A stretch of 64,000 bases of DNA from contig JBHGNT010000006.1 of assembly GCA_043228905.1 (NCBI GenBank), forward strand, positions 3,162,001-3,226,000. The letters run 5' to 3'. Source of the stretch: Azolla caroliniana (taxonomy: Eukaryota; Plantae; Polypodiophyta). The first letter of the stretch is position 1; every line of letters starts with the position of its first letter. This document shows positions 1 through 12,071 of the stretch, in pieces. The notes under the pieces were generated by a model that saw nothing but the letters and a program-made list of their open reading frames with translations, was not told the origin of the DNA and searched no databases. The position numbers and the translations under genes are program-made.

Positions 1-540
1 CTTGAGATAGAATAGAACGCTTGACTTTAGATTGAGAGAGATTAAGATTGAACTCTTGATTTTAGATTTTAAGAAACAAGTTACACGATCAATTCAATAA
101 CAAATTCTCTTCTTCTTAATTTCATAACCAAAAAAAGCCTAACCCTTCTTCTTTTTCATCCCTTCTTTTATAGATGCTCTCATGCATATGATGCATGTGA
201 GGGTACAAGACATGCATAAAATGCATGTTTGCCATTTGGCGCTCATGTATTACATGTAGTGCATGATAACCATGTCACTCATTTTAGCTCTCATGTATGA
301 GAATTTCCATGTAAAAGTACAATGATAGAAATATAAATTTAACTAAATGTCATGGCTTAGTTGTAAGCCTATTCACCCTTAACTAGGAGGTGCAAGGTTC
401 AAATCCTCACTTGCCCTCCTTGTGTATATATATGTGATATATATTTATTTATTAATTTGGTCGCCGGTTTGCCGGATGCCGGTCGCCGATACCACCGGCT
501 CTGTCGGATGCCGATTCCGTCGGATCGCCGGTTATTGTCC
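1..540. mobile_element. Possible LTR/TE fragment
   Basis: Non-coding, with repeated ATGCAT/CATG motifs and a GC-rich CCGG-repeat patch at about 459-532. Termini not seen. Confidence 0.25.
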
Positions 541-3419
541 AGTTAGTTCAAGTTACCTTGAACTCTCTATGCTCAACACATAGACACAAGAGATAATAGC
601 TTTTGCTCTACTTTATATATTATGAGAGCCGTATTTGTCGTGCCTATATGGGATATCTCACAGTTTTCTCTTTTCCTTTCACAAACTTTATACCCTCATA
701 TCTTGACATCTAGTTGTCTGTTTCACGTGTAATAAAGTGCATTCGAAAGCTCTTGAAGATCTCTATCATTTTGTACGTAGATACTTCACTATTATTGCTT
801 TATGTGATTCATACTTGATTTTGTACGTTTTATGTGATTTTCTCACCATTGCCGAAAATCTTCACGACAGCGCTGCTTCCAAAAGTATCTTTTCAGGGCC
901 ACCATGGTAGATATGCCCAAAAAATATTGTTTCTACACCTACATATTGTTCATCACCATAAGAAAATAGAGGTAAAAAGCCCCATAGACCAATATGACCA
1001 ACTGCTTCCACTACAATTCCTGATAGGAGAGGATTTCTTGTTATCTCACGTGTACTTGTCTCAACCAGCTTACTCTCCCAACCTACACATTTCAACAAAT
1101 TTCTTTGGTGACTGAGCAACAACAACTAGAATTCTATTTGATGCCTTAACATGTAAATCAACTGTTCCATTTACGGCCATGGCATGTTCCAATAGCAACA
1201 ACATACGTTCATCTAGGGATGATCTGTCAGTCTCTTTGTAACATTTCAAAAAGGAAAATCATTGCTTCATAGATCTTTGATTCGAATATAAGATCTTGCT
1301 CTCCCAGTGTTGGTTGAATAACCAACCTAGATTGTTGTTTCTCAATGAAGTTCAGCAACGAAGTTCCTGTACAACTAAAAACGAACTAAATCTAGACTAT
1401 TTCCTCCTCCCTCATGATCTACTTCGGCCCCCACACCGTCATCACTCATCCTCTCATCATACTATTATGCTTCAATCCCTATCGCCACACCATGAACACC
1501 CATCATAATGAGAAAACCTAAAATCAAAGCTTTGTTTAGCATAAGAGGTAAATTTTTTGAACATGCACACGTTATGCATGGGTGTGTTAGCTTTGGTCAC
1601 AATGAGTTTGGTTCTTGAACCATATTCATTCATGTGATTGTGCTCTTGAACTACAATCAATCACGAACTCACCTCGTGTCCTAATTCTCACTCACGAGCT
1701 CCCTACAAGAATGTGCTTTTCTCTAAAGCTCATTTTGGTCATGAGATTTGGTTGTGACTAACAAATAGGGAAGTCCTAAATGTGAAGGGTAGTGTTTTGA
1801 TTTTTCGGCTCTACGAAATAATCAAGGCAACTATATTCTCATAAGGTACCTCAAAGTTCTTCAACATTGTCATTTTACTTAGCATACTTGGTGAGTTAAC
1901 CATCCTCGTGGTTAACTGAAAATAAAAAGAAATTAGAGAGAGCAATTTGTGATTAGTGATCAAAATATTATCAACAAAAGTAATAATATTCATGGCACAC
2001 TTAATTAGTAAAGCAAATACAAAATGTGATTAATAGGGGTGGTTAGGGAACCCAAAATTGTCAATTGTGGGCTTGACCTATGTCTCGACTCTTTAGGATA
2101 CCCTTAACACCCTTGATCATATTAAATGTTTTTGAAAACTTGCTTGGAGAGAAATAAAATCTCTGCTGAACACTTTGAGCATTGGCCTCTAGTCATCAAC
2201 AGGGGCATCACATTAGATGTGTCGAAAAAAAGGATGCATATTAACATTAAGAATATATAATAAAATCAACCAACACTTCACTATAGGAACAAGTTACAAC
2301 ATTGCTTTATATAGCATCACCTTCTCACTTGATTCCGACTTCTCTTTCATTATCATATGATTTAGATAGAGTATCCCTTATATTAAATACATGACAAGGG
2401 AGTGAGTGGATCATAATGCATACATGTGCACCCACCACCTGTGTGATCATACAAATGTTGGACAATTGAGTGACTCGCGTGCATCCACTACATGTGGGAT
2501 CACACACATGTTGGATAGTCGAGCTTGATATCTCAACATATGTGCATTAGAGAGACTAAGCTAAAAAAGTTGTGAAAGCCCATAAGTTGGTTTTTATGGT
2601 CACCCCCTTTCACATCGTGGGAACCTAAGACCCTCTCCTAAGTTCTAAAGAAGAAGAGATGTGGAATGACAATGCCCTAATTGAAGGCCATAGTTTCACA
2701 ACTAAGCAAAAAGTTGTGTAATATTAGCACAACGTGAGAACATTGCCTTTCATCATCAATAATGTGCACACTCAGGTTTGGTGTTCTATTCAAATGCTAC
2801 ACACAACATGGATAGAATCATCATACCCAAGCACATCATAACATCAATATATAAACGAATAACATAGAATTAATATAATTAGCACCATTAGAGTTTTCAT
2901 CTAATAATGAAAAAAATGTTAAAAGTATTTTATTCCATGCAAAGTAGCATTCCCCTCCTCATAATTATTGTTGCACGAATCATTTGGTTCTAAACGTGAC
3001 CCTAAAACATTGATGTTGCCATTTTGTTGATCAATGCAACCAGAGAAAAAGGACAACATTTCCCTTTGAAAGGCAAGGCTTATGAAGTTGTTTTTGACCA
3101 ATGAACCTCTCAATCTCCAACAAATAATACAAGAGGGGTTATGGAATAATAGAAGATTGAGGATGAGAAGAGAAACAAATAAAATTACATGTGGCAAGAT
3201 TATCAAAAGCACGACACAAACAAGGGTATGGGAGGACACAATAAGGGGGAGAGAACAATGCAATGAAGAGATCAAATTGATTCTCAAAATAATTTTATGC
3301 AATGTTTTCTCTCTTCACGTATTACTTGTTGGAATCTACCAAGAGTAAGACTCAAGTGGTAAATGCTTCCTTTCGAAACTTCGATGATTAAGAGTTTTCA
3401 ATATTGTCTTCTAGGTTTT

Positions 3420-3838
3420 TAAGGTTCAAATGCATAGTTGATATTTGTAGTAGGATCCTTGGTAGCTCTTAAGGAATGCATGATGAATATCATCATGACA
3501 CAAACATGTCAATCTCACATGTCTTTAAAATATTAGAAGAGAGGTCAATTCTTTCCTTTTTTATTTCTTGGGAGAAATTCACTCCACTTTTACTTACTAT
3601 TCACTTGTTCAAGTCTTCTGAACTTAAGAAACATTCACCCACTTTACTTCAGGTGGTATGTTGTCTTAATCATACTTTTACCTTGGTGAGTTGGGTGTCA
3701 CATCAGCCTTCAACGTCTCTCTTTAAGAACGAGACGTGCATATGTTTTTTGGGTTGGATGGCATAACAAGAGCCATCACTCTAGATTCATTCCAAGAATT
3801 TGAAACAAGGTTTTTGTCCAAATAGATATCTTCCGTTA
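3420..3838 (-). pseudogene. Decayed E+/DYW domain remnant downstream of PPR1
   Basis: SWNE (3786-3797, ~SWIE), HPTQKTYARL (3731-3760, ~HPxxxxIYxxL) and TTA AAG ACA TGT G-A GAT TGA CAT (3506-3528, ~LRxCGDCH), in canonical order with stops and frameshifts. Confidence 0.6.
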
Positions 3839-6424
3839 TTATAAACATGTGTATTGATCACAAAAAAGAGTACCTACATAAACATTATACATACACACAA
3901 ATGCAATGACATCATTTTTATCCAATCCTATTGCATGATCAAACGCAAGTTGTGCAAATTCTAGATTGCTGAACTTCCTACAAGCGCCCAGCACAACATG
4001 CCAAATCATGGCCTTTGGCTGGAAAGGCATTTCTTTTGTTATTGCCACTGCCATGGCAACATGACCAGCCCGCCCAAGAAGATTTACTATACAAGCATAG
4101 TGTTGGAGAGGTGGAGCGAGATCTAAGTAAATGTTTATAGCCTCAAAGCACATCATACCTTCTTCCACTAGGCCTCCATGATTACATGCATTAAGCACAA
4201 TAAGGTATGTCACTAAATTAGGCTTTATATCTTCTCTCATCATGCTATTGAACATAGAGAAAACGCATGCACTCTCACCTAGTAGACAATATCCAGCCAT
4301 GAGTGCATTCCATGATGTAATATCTGGACAAGGAAGCCTATCAAATACTTCTTGTGCCTCTAGAAGTAAGCCACAGTTAGCATACATATCTATCAAGCTG
4401 TTAGCAATAAAAAACTCATCTTCTAACCCTTTATGAACAACGAAAGAATGTATAGCCTGGTTAGTATGCGTGATCAAGCAAGTTTTAAGAAGACAAATAA
4501 AAGCAACATTGTTGATTGAGATAGCCTCATTTTGCATGTGTTGGAAACATAGATGTGCTTCTATTTCATGTCCATTTTCAGCACATCCTGTCATCAGGGT
4601 TGTCCATGAGATTACATCACGAGCTTGAATGTCGTTGAACACTTTATGAGCGTCGTTAAGTAGTCCAGATTTCACGTACATGTATATTAAGCTATTTCCC
4701 ACAAGAAGATTCATCTCTAGCCCTTTTTTCATTATTTCAACATGTACGTTTTGACCTTTTGTTGTGCCCCAAATGCTACCGCAAGCTTTAATGCTACAAA
4801 CATATGTAATAATGTCTGATGAGATTCCCTCAATATACATTGATTCAACACAATTTAATACTTCCTCATAGAATCCATGTTCAGTGTAGCCTGAGATGAG
4901 TGCATTCCATGTAGCTACACTTCTATTTACAAGCTTAAGACACAGCATCTTTGCTTCTGAAAACCAACCACTTTTGCCATAAAAATGAACTAAGCTAGTG
5001 GCTACACGAACATCTGTTTCCAATCCTCTCATGATAATCTCAGCATGCAATCCTCGACCAATTTCTACATAGTCTCTGTCGACACAACATTTCAAGATTG
5101 ACATAAGCGTGAACACATTCCTTGAAACACCTGCATCTTTCATATCTTCCGAGTAATGAAGTGCTTTTTTAATGTCTCCAAGTTCAACACATGACGAGAT
5201 CAATGCAGTCCAGGGAAACACATCCTGTATTGTTAGTTTTCCAAGTACATATTGGGCTTCAAGAAGGAAACCACATTTCCCATACATATGAACCAATCCA
5301 CTTCCTATAACTATTTTTTCCTCAAACCCTCTTTTGATAACCTCAATATGCATTCTTCTACCTCTGGCTATGCACTTACAAGCTTTCAAGGAAAAAGTAA
5401 ATGTGATAGAATTCCCAAAGACACCCTTTTGTTGCATCTGTTCAAAGCAAAAGAGTGCCTCATCAGGACACCCTTGTTCAACATATCCGGAAATAAGCGT
5501 GGTCCAAGAGACCACATCTCTACTTGGAAGCTTGTCAAAAATTACCTTTGCTTCATCGAGATGACCATATTTAGCATAAAAATCAACCAAGCTGTTGCCA
5601 ATACACATCTCACATTCAAACCCCTTCTTTAAGATTTCACCATGTATTTCTCGCCCTTCTTCATCCAAGGTCAATATGCTACAACAAGCTTTTAAGCCAC
5701 AAGAACATGTGATAACGTTGGCAGATATGCCATGAAGTTTCATCTCTTTAAAGCGGTATAGTGCCTCATCACCATAGCCATGTTCTAAAAGACCTACAAT
5801 GAGAGCAGTCCAGGTGACTACATTTCGGAAAGTGAGTTTTTGAAATACTTGTTGTGCTTCTTGGATTGAGCCACATTTACAATACATATCTACCAAAGAG
5901 CTCCCAATATATGCATTCACATCTGATAACCCTATTTTAATTGTCTCGCCATGAAACCCTAAACCCTTATTCGGGTCTTGGATGAGGCCGCAAGCTTTTA
6001 AGCAGCAAACAAAGGTAATTTCATTCAAAGATATTCCTTCCCTTTGCATCTCCTTAATACAACACAATGCTTCCTCACCATAACCATGTTCAACATGTCC
6101 TGCTATGAGAGAAGTCCATGAAACCACATTTCTGACACAGAGGCTTTCCAATACATTTCTAGCTTCTGTGAATGAACCACATTTGGCATACATATGAACC
6201 AAAGAGGTTCCAACACATATGCTTTTCTCAGTAAATCCATGAGCAGTAATTTCACCGTGTATGACGTGACCCTTTTCTAGATCCTTCAACGAGATGCATC
6301 TCCTCAACATGCACATGAACATATCAACATAACCGATGGGAAAAGTATAGGTAGATGCAAGGTGGTAACACACATGACTCTGAGCTTGCGAAGGAGAAGA
6401 GACTTCTCTGAGGAACACTTCCAT
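3839..6424 (-). CDS. PLS-class pentatricopeptide repeat protein, E-type, no intact DYW (861 aa)
   Basis: Intronless ORF of tandem P-L-S triplets (LVDMYxKCG / VVSWTxLIxG / TFxCxLKAC), then L2-S2 (ACNHGGLVEEG, HYACIVNLLGRAG), E1 (WHVVLGAC) and partial E2. Confidence 0.93.
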   Translation of the reverse strand: MEVFLREVSSPSQAQSHVCYHLASTYTFPIGYVDMFMCMLRRCISLKDLEKGHVIHGEITAHGFTEKSICVGTSLVHMYAKCGSFTEARNVLESLCVRNVVSWTSLIAGHVEHGYGEEALCCIKEMQREGISLNEITFVCCLKACGLIQDPNKGLGFHGETIKIGLSDVNAYIGSSLVDMYCKCGSIQEAQQVFQKLTFRNVVTWTALIVGLLEHGYGDEALYRFKEMKLHGISANVITCSCGLKACCSILTLDEEGREIHGEILKKGFECEMCIGNSLVDFYAKYGHLDEAKVIFDKLPSRDVVSWTTLISGYVEQGCPDEALFCFEQMQQKGVFGNSITFTFSLKACKCIARGRRMHIEVIKRGFEEKIVIGSGLVHMYGKCGFLLEAQYVLGKLTIQDVFPWTALISSCVELGDIKKALHYSEDMKDAGVSRNVFTLMSILKCCVDRDYVEIGRGLHAEIIMRGLETDVRVATSLVHFYGKSGWFSEAKMLCLKLVNRSVATWNALISGYTEHGFYEEVLNCVESMYIEGISSDIITYVCSIKACGSIWGTTKGQNVHVEIMKKGLEMNLLVGNSLIYMYVKSGLLNDAHKVFNDIQARDVISWTTLMTGCAENGHEIEAHLCFQHMQNEAISINNVAFICLLKTCLITHTNQAIHSFVVHKGLEDEFFIANSLIDMYANCGLLLEAQEVFDRLPCPDITSWNALMAGYCLLGESACVFSMFNSMMREDIKPNLVTYLIVLNACNHGGLVEEGMMCFEAINIYLDLAPPLQHYACIVNLLGRAGHVAMAVAITKEMPFQPKAMIWHVVLGACRKFSNLEFAQLAFDHAIGLDKNDVIAFVCMYNVYVGTLFCDQYTCL

Positions 6425-6626
6425 TGAAGCACTCCATTAACTAACTAACTTTAGGCCTTGGGGCTCGGACATGCGGTTAGTTTTAATCGGTTACAATTTT
6501 TACCGAGTGCCTTCTCGATCAGACGACACTTGCACACGAATGAGAAGAGCATTCCTCGACTTCATGAATCTGGCTAGCTGCGGATGAATATTATCGAAAC
6601 TGCTCCTCGAGGAATGAACAAAGTGG

Positions 6627-7075
6627 TGTTGCGCTGGTTTTTGACCCATGACCTTATGGTATATGGGTCGAGCTCTTAACCATCACACCATCTATTGTAA
6701 TTCGTAATATATTATTTTCATTTATGTTTTATTATAAGAAAGTAATGTATATTCCAGATTTCTCTGGAACATTCTAGAAATTTCAAGATTACTCCTGACA
6801 ACACTATAAAAGAAGGCACTAGGCATTATGTTGAACCAAATTGGTTCAACGCCAGTCTTAAGCCTCTTAGCCGCTTTGTACTTATCTTTTCACATAATAT
6901 ATTAGCTGCTGTCATCATCTTTCTCTCTCTCTCATCCTCGCTATCTCTCTCTCTCTCTCTCTCTCCTCTTCTCACTTCCTCTCTCGGGAATCTTACTCCG
7001 TCTCGTCCTCTTAGTACTAATAGTACTACTCTTCTTAGTACTAATTCCATCTCTGCTTTAGTACTATTCTTGACA
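6627..7075. mobile_element. Solo-LTR-like element between divergent PPR genes
   Basis: TG...CA-bounded segment with a TTCCAGA..TCTGGAA..TTCTAGAA motif, a CTATAAAAG TATA box and a CT-rich tract. No target-site duplication found. Confidence 0.35.
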
Positions 7076-7760
7076 CACCTTAGGTCCAATGTAAGTTTGG
7101 ATGTGGATGGTGGACTAACTGTCAATGGCTATGATATGATTTACACATATTCTTTAATTAGTATGGTTAATGCATTTCACTTTGAGCCCCTTGACGTCTT
7201 AAAGGTAGTTTTCTTTTGGTTTTGGAGTTGAGGGGGAGGGGGTGAGAGGCCACCCCAACACATGGGATGCGAATAAGAAGGCTAAAGCGAGTTCTCCATT
7301 GTACCTGCACTTCGTCAAGAGAAAGTACTAGTTATTGTCACCTTGCACAGAGTGTTTTGATGATTGGGGGTCCTTCAAGTGAGATTGAAAAGCCGAAAGG
7401 TCAGACTTGTATAAACATTATATAGCAAGACGATTGCCGCTTCTTAACAAGAAGAAGGCAAAATGCAAAGTAACAAGAAAAAGGTTGTCGTAAGAGGTGC
7501 ATGCATGGACATATATGTATGGTATACAAGTTGTTAACTAGGAGCCAATGGCCGAGATGGCACATGGGAGAGCATGAGGCCGTCCATAGCTCTCGATTCG
7601 GCCAAATGAAGCCTCGCATTTTAGTGGCGAAGGCATAGTCCGAATTGTATTGGTATCGTATTGTAATTTGTTACCAAATTGAAGTACGAGGAGATGGTAG
7701 GTAGGTATCACGTGCTTCATTCCTATGAGTTATTTCTTTGCATTTTTTGCATTTTCAACT

Positions 7761-7788
7761 AAACCCTAAAACCCTAAAACCCTAAACC
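7761..7788 (+). promoter_or_regulatory. Triple telo-box (AAACCCTA) upstream of PPR2
   Basis: aaaccctaaaaccctaaaaccctaaacc, followed by a CTT-rich leader and a GT-AG intron (about 7950-8048). Confidence 0.55.
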
Positions 7789-8336
7789 AACACCAACAGT
7801 GCATGTTGCAACCCGACATGCATCTGATGATGAAGACAAAGCTCCTCATTTTCTTCTTCTTCTTCTTCACTCGTGATCATCCTCAGTCCCGAATGCCCAA
7901 CATAAGCATTCTTTCCTTTGAAGCTTCCATGGCTCCCGTAACAAAAAAGGTAAGCAACAAAACTGGACCGCTTCTTGTTTGCATACCTGGCTTGAATTTC
8001 ATTCATGCTTCCTCAATTCTCTGTTGATAATTTCTACCATATGTTCAGAAAATACCGTTGAAAGCAGCGAGGCCTCGTTGTCGTCGACGATGCTCGCGAA
8101 TCGCTGCCATGGAGCTAGAAGCTCACATAAACCTTTGGCCACTCTCTGCGTGTAGTTTTAGGGGAAGCTGATCTAACTGAGAAACTGCTCAAAAGGCATG
8201 ACATGGTATATTAGAATGATGCCATATTAAGTGAGGAAATTCATATATTAAACGAAGAAATGCATATGGATGTCTTTATACTAAGCTTTCCTGAGGATAG
8301 CCAAACCACTTCTTCTATGCATATGTAAATGAAACA

Positions 8337-11300
8337 ATGCCACTTCAATCCTCCATCGAGGATTTCTCCCACATACTGCAATACTGTAGACAGAAACAAG
8401 ACCCTGGCATTGCCTTAAAATTGCAGAGCTATGTTTGTCGCTGTGGATTAGAAGCTCACAGAATGCTTGGAAGCTTTCTTGTTGTGATGCTAGTGGAAAC
8501 TGGTTTAATTGAAAATGCAAAAAATATATTTGATATGCTAACGTATAAAGATCAAACGTCGTGGAGCAGCCTTATCAATGGTTATATTAATCTTGGAAAG
8601 CCGCACTTGGCTTTCCGAGTCTATGAAGAAAAATATCTCGATGTTGCTATGTATTATTCTAAAGGGCATACATTTGTGAACATATTGAAAGCCTGTATAA
8701 AACTAAAAGACCTCAAAACTGGTCTTCAAATGCATGTTGAGGCGTTGAGAACCAGATTGTTTTTTAGAGACCCTTTTGTTGGAAGTAGTTTGGTTGACAT
8801 GTATGCTAAATGTGGCTCACTTTCTATAGCCGAGGAAGTATTTGAGATGCTTCCAGTTAAGGATGTTGTTTCATGGACTACACTTATTGGAGGATATGTT
8901 GAGCATGGACATGAGGAAGAAGCTCTCAAATGTTTAGAAGAAATGGAAGACAAGGGTTTCTCTCCGAATCCTATCACTTATGTATGTGGTCTAAAAGCAT
9001 GTGGGTTTATAATAACTGTAGAGAAGGGCCAGAAGCTACATATAGAGATTGTAAAGAAGGGATTTTTGGAAACAAATGTGTTTGTAGGCAGTGCTTTAGT
9101 TGATATGTATGCAAAATTTGGCTTTTTTGATGTAGCTGGACAAATATGTAGTGACCTTCCAATTCGGAACGTGGTCACTTGGAATGCTTTAATTGCAGCT
9201 TATGCAGAGAATGGTCATAGTAAAAGTGCCTTCCAATGTCTTCAATCTATGCAATTAGATGGTGTTTTCCCTGACTCTATTTCATTGATGTGTATTCTGA
9301 AATCTTGCAGCAACATAAGAGATATAGAAAAGGGCCAAGATATACATGTGGATATTGAAAGAAAAGGATTTCTAAAGTGCAACCTTGTAATTGGCAACAC
9401 TCTCGTTGATATGTATTCAAAATGTGGCTTGCTCGCATCAGCACAAAATGTGTTTGACAATCTTCCAATGAAGGATGTTGTCTCATGGACAGTTCTTATA
9501 GGAGGGTATGCTGAACATGGCCATGGAAATGAAGCAATCAAGTGCTTTGAGCAGATGCAGCAAGGTTGCATCTCACCAAATCCTGTCACTTTTATTTGTC
9601 TACTGAAAGCTTGCAGTAGCGTAAGTTCAACTGAGAAAATCAGAGAAATACACGCAGAGGTAAAAAGATTAGGACTATCAGAGAGATACCGTGATGTTGG
9701 AAATGCATTGGTCGATATGTATGCAAAATCGAATCTTCTGTCAAAAGCACAAGAAGTGTTTGATAATCTTATGATCCGAGACCAAATGTCATGGAATGCA
9801 TTAATTGCTGGGTATGTTGAATATGGACATGAGAATGAAGCTCTCAAGTGTCTAGATCAGATGAAAGGTGAGGGAATCACCCCAACTGTTGTAACATTCG
9901 TTTGTATCTTGCGAGCTTGTGGTAGTCTAAGAGATCTAAATAAGGGTAAAAAATTGCATCACGAGATCGAGTTGAAATGTTTTCTAGATGACATTGTTGT
10001 AGCAAATGCCTTGATTGATATGTATGCCAAATGTGGACAGCTTCTTGTTGCACAAGAAGTGTTTGATAGGCTTCAAGTTCGAGATTTAGTTACTTGGACT
10101 GCATTGATGGAAGGATACATAGAAAACGGTAATGGTATAAATGCACTAAAGTGTTTTAGTCAGATGCAAGTTGAGGGTGTTTCTCGTGATGTAGTCACAC
10201 TTGTTTCTGGCTTAAAAGCATGTGGTGAGATAGGTGACGCAGATAAGGGTAAAGAAATACATGCTGAGATAGAAAAGCAAGGCCTGTTGGAAAGGGACAC
10301 CATGGTTGGCAGCACCTTGGTTTATATGTATGTCAACTGTGGTTCACTTTCAGAGGCACAACAGGTGTTTGGAAAACTTACTGTTCAAACTGTAGTTATA
10401 TGGAATGCATTAATTGTGGGTTATGCTGGTAAGGGCCACAATCTGGAAGCAATTAAGTGTTTTGAAACGATGCAACTCAAGGGTATCTTGGCAGATGCTG
10501 TTACATATGCTTTTGTCTTAAAAGCCTATGGCAGTATTGGTGCAACTGATAAGGTCAGCGACATACATGCTGAGGTTGAAACGAAAGGGTTATTGGAGGA
10601 GGAACCCATTGTTGGTAATGCCTTAGTAGATTTTTATGGAAAATGTGGCTCTCTACAAAGGGCACGACAAGTATTTGACAAGATTCGAGCTCGTAATGTT
10701 GTCTCATGGACTGCACTTATTTCAGGCTATACTGAACATGGGCAAGAGGAAGCAGCACTAAAGTGCTTTGAAGAGATGAAGTTGGAGGGTGTCGTTCCAG
10801 ATCATCTGACATTCCTTTGTGCTCTCAAAGCCTGCTGCAACATTGGAGTGATACAAAAAGCTAATGATATACATATTGAGCTTGAACAGAAGGATTTCCT
10901 AGAAGAAAGCATGGTCATTGGAAATACGATGGTAGATATTTATGGGAAATGTGGCTGGCTTACGAAAGCACAAGAAGTATTCGATAACATTCTATGTCGA
11001 AATGTAGTCTCATGGAATGCCTTGATGATAGGATATATCGAACATGGTCGTGGTGAAAAAGCTATGGAGTGTTTCGAACAAATGCAAGTTGAAGGAGTCT
11101 GTCCTGATCCTGTTACATTTCTTTGCAGCTTAAAAGCTTGCGGAAGTGTAGGGGCCATACAAAAGGGTGAAAAAGTGCATTCTGAGATAGAAATACGAGG
11201 GCTGCTTGAAACAGACTCTTTCATTGGAAGTACCTTGATTGATATGTACAGTAAGTGTGGCTCTCTTGTTAATGCAGAGAAGGTGTTTGACAATCTGTCA

Positions 11301-12071
11301 GTTCGAGATGTGGTCTCATGGAATGCACTGATATTAGCATATGCTATTGAAGGTGAGGGTAACAAAGCACTTCAACGAATTCACCAAATGCAGAGTGAGG
11401 ATATTTGCCCGACTGCTGCAACATTTATTTGCACTCTGAAAGCTTGTGGTAATATAGGAGCGATAGAGAAAGCTGGTGAAATACATGCTGAGATTGAGAG
11501 GAGAAGTTTGTTGGAAACTGATATGCTCATGGGTAATACGTTGGTTGATGTGTATGCAAAATGTGGATTTCTTGCCAAAGCATCAGATGTTTTTGACAAG
11601 CTTCTATTTCAAGGTGTGATATCTTGGACGGCACTTATGGCAGGATATGCACAGATCGGAGAGAATGAACGAGTTTTTTACATCTTTGAAAGAATGCTGG
11701 GTGAAGGCATAAAACCCGATTCGATCTCTTTTATTGTTCTTCTCAATGCGTGCAGTCATGCAGGATTATTTGAGGAAAGCCAATCATACTTTGAGGCAAT
11801 GAGCAAGAGATATGGTATTGTTCCTACTGTGGAGCATCATGCATGCATTGTGAATCTCCTCAACCGAGCTGGAAGATTACAGAAAGCAGTAGAAATGATT
11901 GATGATATGGCATTTAATCCAAACCGTGTAGTGTGGCAAACCATGCTCAGTGGTTGTAGGTACTGGGGAAATATTGAGCTCGGAAAAGAGGTATTTCAGT
12001 GTGCTGTTCGACTGGACAAAAAGGATGCTGCTGCGTATGTGTACATGTCTCACATCTGTGCAGGAGGTTGA
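8337..12071 (+). CDS. PLS-class pentatricopeptide repeat protein, E-type (1244 aa)
   Basis: About 11 regular P-L-S triplets, then ACSHAGLFEES, HHACIVNLLNRAG, E1 WQTMLSGC and E2 AAAYVYMSHICAGG*. Confidence 0.95.
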   Translation: MPLQSSIEDFSHILQYCRQKQDPGIALKLQSYVCRCGLEAHRMLGSFLVVMLVETGLIENAKNIFDMLTYKDQTSWSSLINGYINLGKPHLAFRVYEEKYLDVAMYYSKGHTFVNILKACIKLKDLKTGLQMHVEALRTRLFFRDPFVGSSLVDMYAKCGSLSIAEEVFEMLPVKDVVSWTTLIGGYVEHGHEEEALKCLEEMEDKGFSPNPITYVCGLKACGFIITVEKGQKLHIEIVKKGFLETNVFVGSALVDMYAKFGFFDVAGQICSDLPIRNVVTWNALIAAYAENGHSKSAFQCLQSMQLDGVFPDSISLMCILKSCSNIRDIEKGQDIHVDIERKGFLKCNLVIGNTLVDMYSKCGLLASAQNVFDNLPMKDVVSWTVLIGGYAEHGHGNEAIKCFEQMQQGCISPNPVTFICLLKACSSVSSTEKIREIHAEVKRLGLSERYRDVGNALVDMYAKSNLLSKAQEVFDNLMIRDQMSWNALIAGYVEYGHENEALKCLDQMKGEGITPTVVTFVCILRACGSLRDLNKGKKLHHEIELKCFLDDIVVANALIDMYAKCGQLLVAQEVFDRLQVRDLVTWTALMEGYIENGNGINALKCFSQMQVEGVSRDVVTLVSGLKACGEIGDADKGKEIHAEIEKQGLLERDTMVGSTLVYMYVNCGSLSEAQQVFGKLTVQTVVIWNALIVGYAGKGHNLEAIKCFETMQLKGILADAVTYAFVLKAYGSIGATDKVSDIHAEVETKGLLEEEPIVGNALVDFYGKCGSLQRARQVFDKIRARNVVSWTALISGYTEHGQEEAALKCFEEMKLEGVVPDHLTFLCALKACCNIGVIQKANDIHIELEQKDFLEESMVIGNTMVDIYGKCGWLTKAQEVFDNILCRNVVSWNALMIGYIEHGRGEKAMECFEQMQVEGVCPDPVTFLCSLKACGSVGAIQKGEKVHSEIEIRGLLETDSFIGSTLIDMYSKCGSLVNAEKVFDNLSVRDVVSWNALILAYAIEGEGNKALQRIHQMQSEDICPTAATFICTLKACGNIGAIEKAGEIHAEIERRSLLETDMLMGNTLVDVYAKCGFLAKASDVFDKLLFQGVISWTALMAGYAQIGENERVFYIFERMLGEGIKPDSISFIVLLNACSHAGLFEESQSYFEAMSKRYGIVPTVEHHACIVNLLNRAGRLQKAVEMIDDMAFNPNRVVWQTMLSGCRYWGNIELGKEVFQCAVRLDKKDAAAYVYMSHICAGG

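Noticed and set aside
834-3400. Short ORFs as genes (also 38897-39223, 50390-50787)
   Set aside because: No recognisable domains or consistent splice structure; probably decayed TE or intergenic DNA.
8726-11599. Repetitive antisense ORFs (e.g. 9242-9847, 10940-11365, and similar ones in the other PPRs)
   Set aside because: Shadow frames of the PPR repeats.
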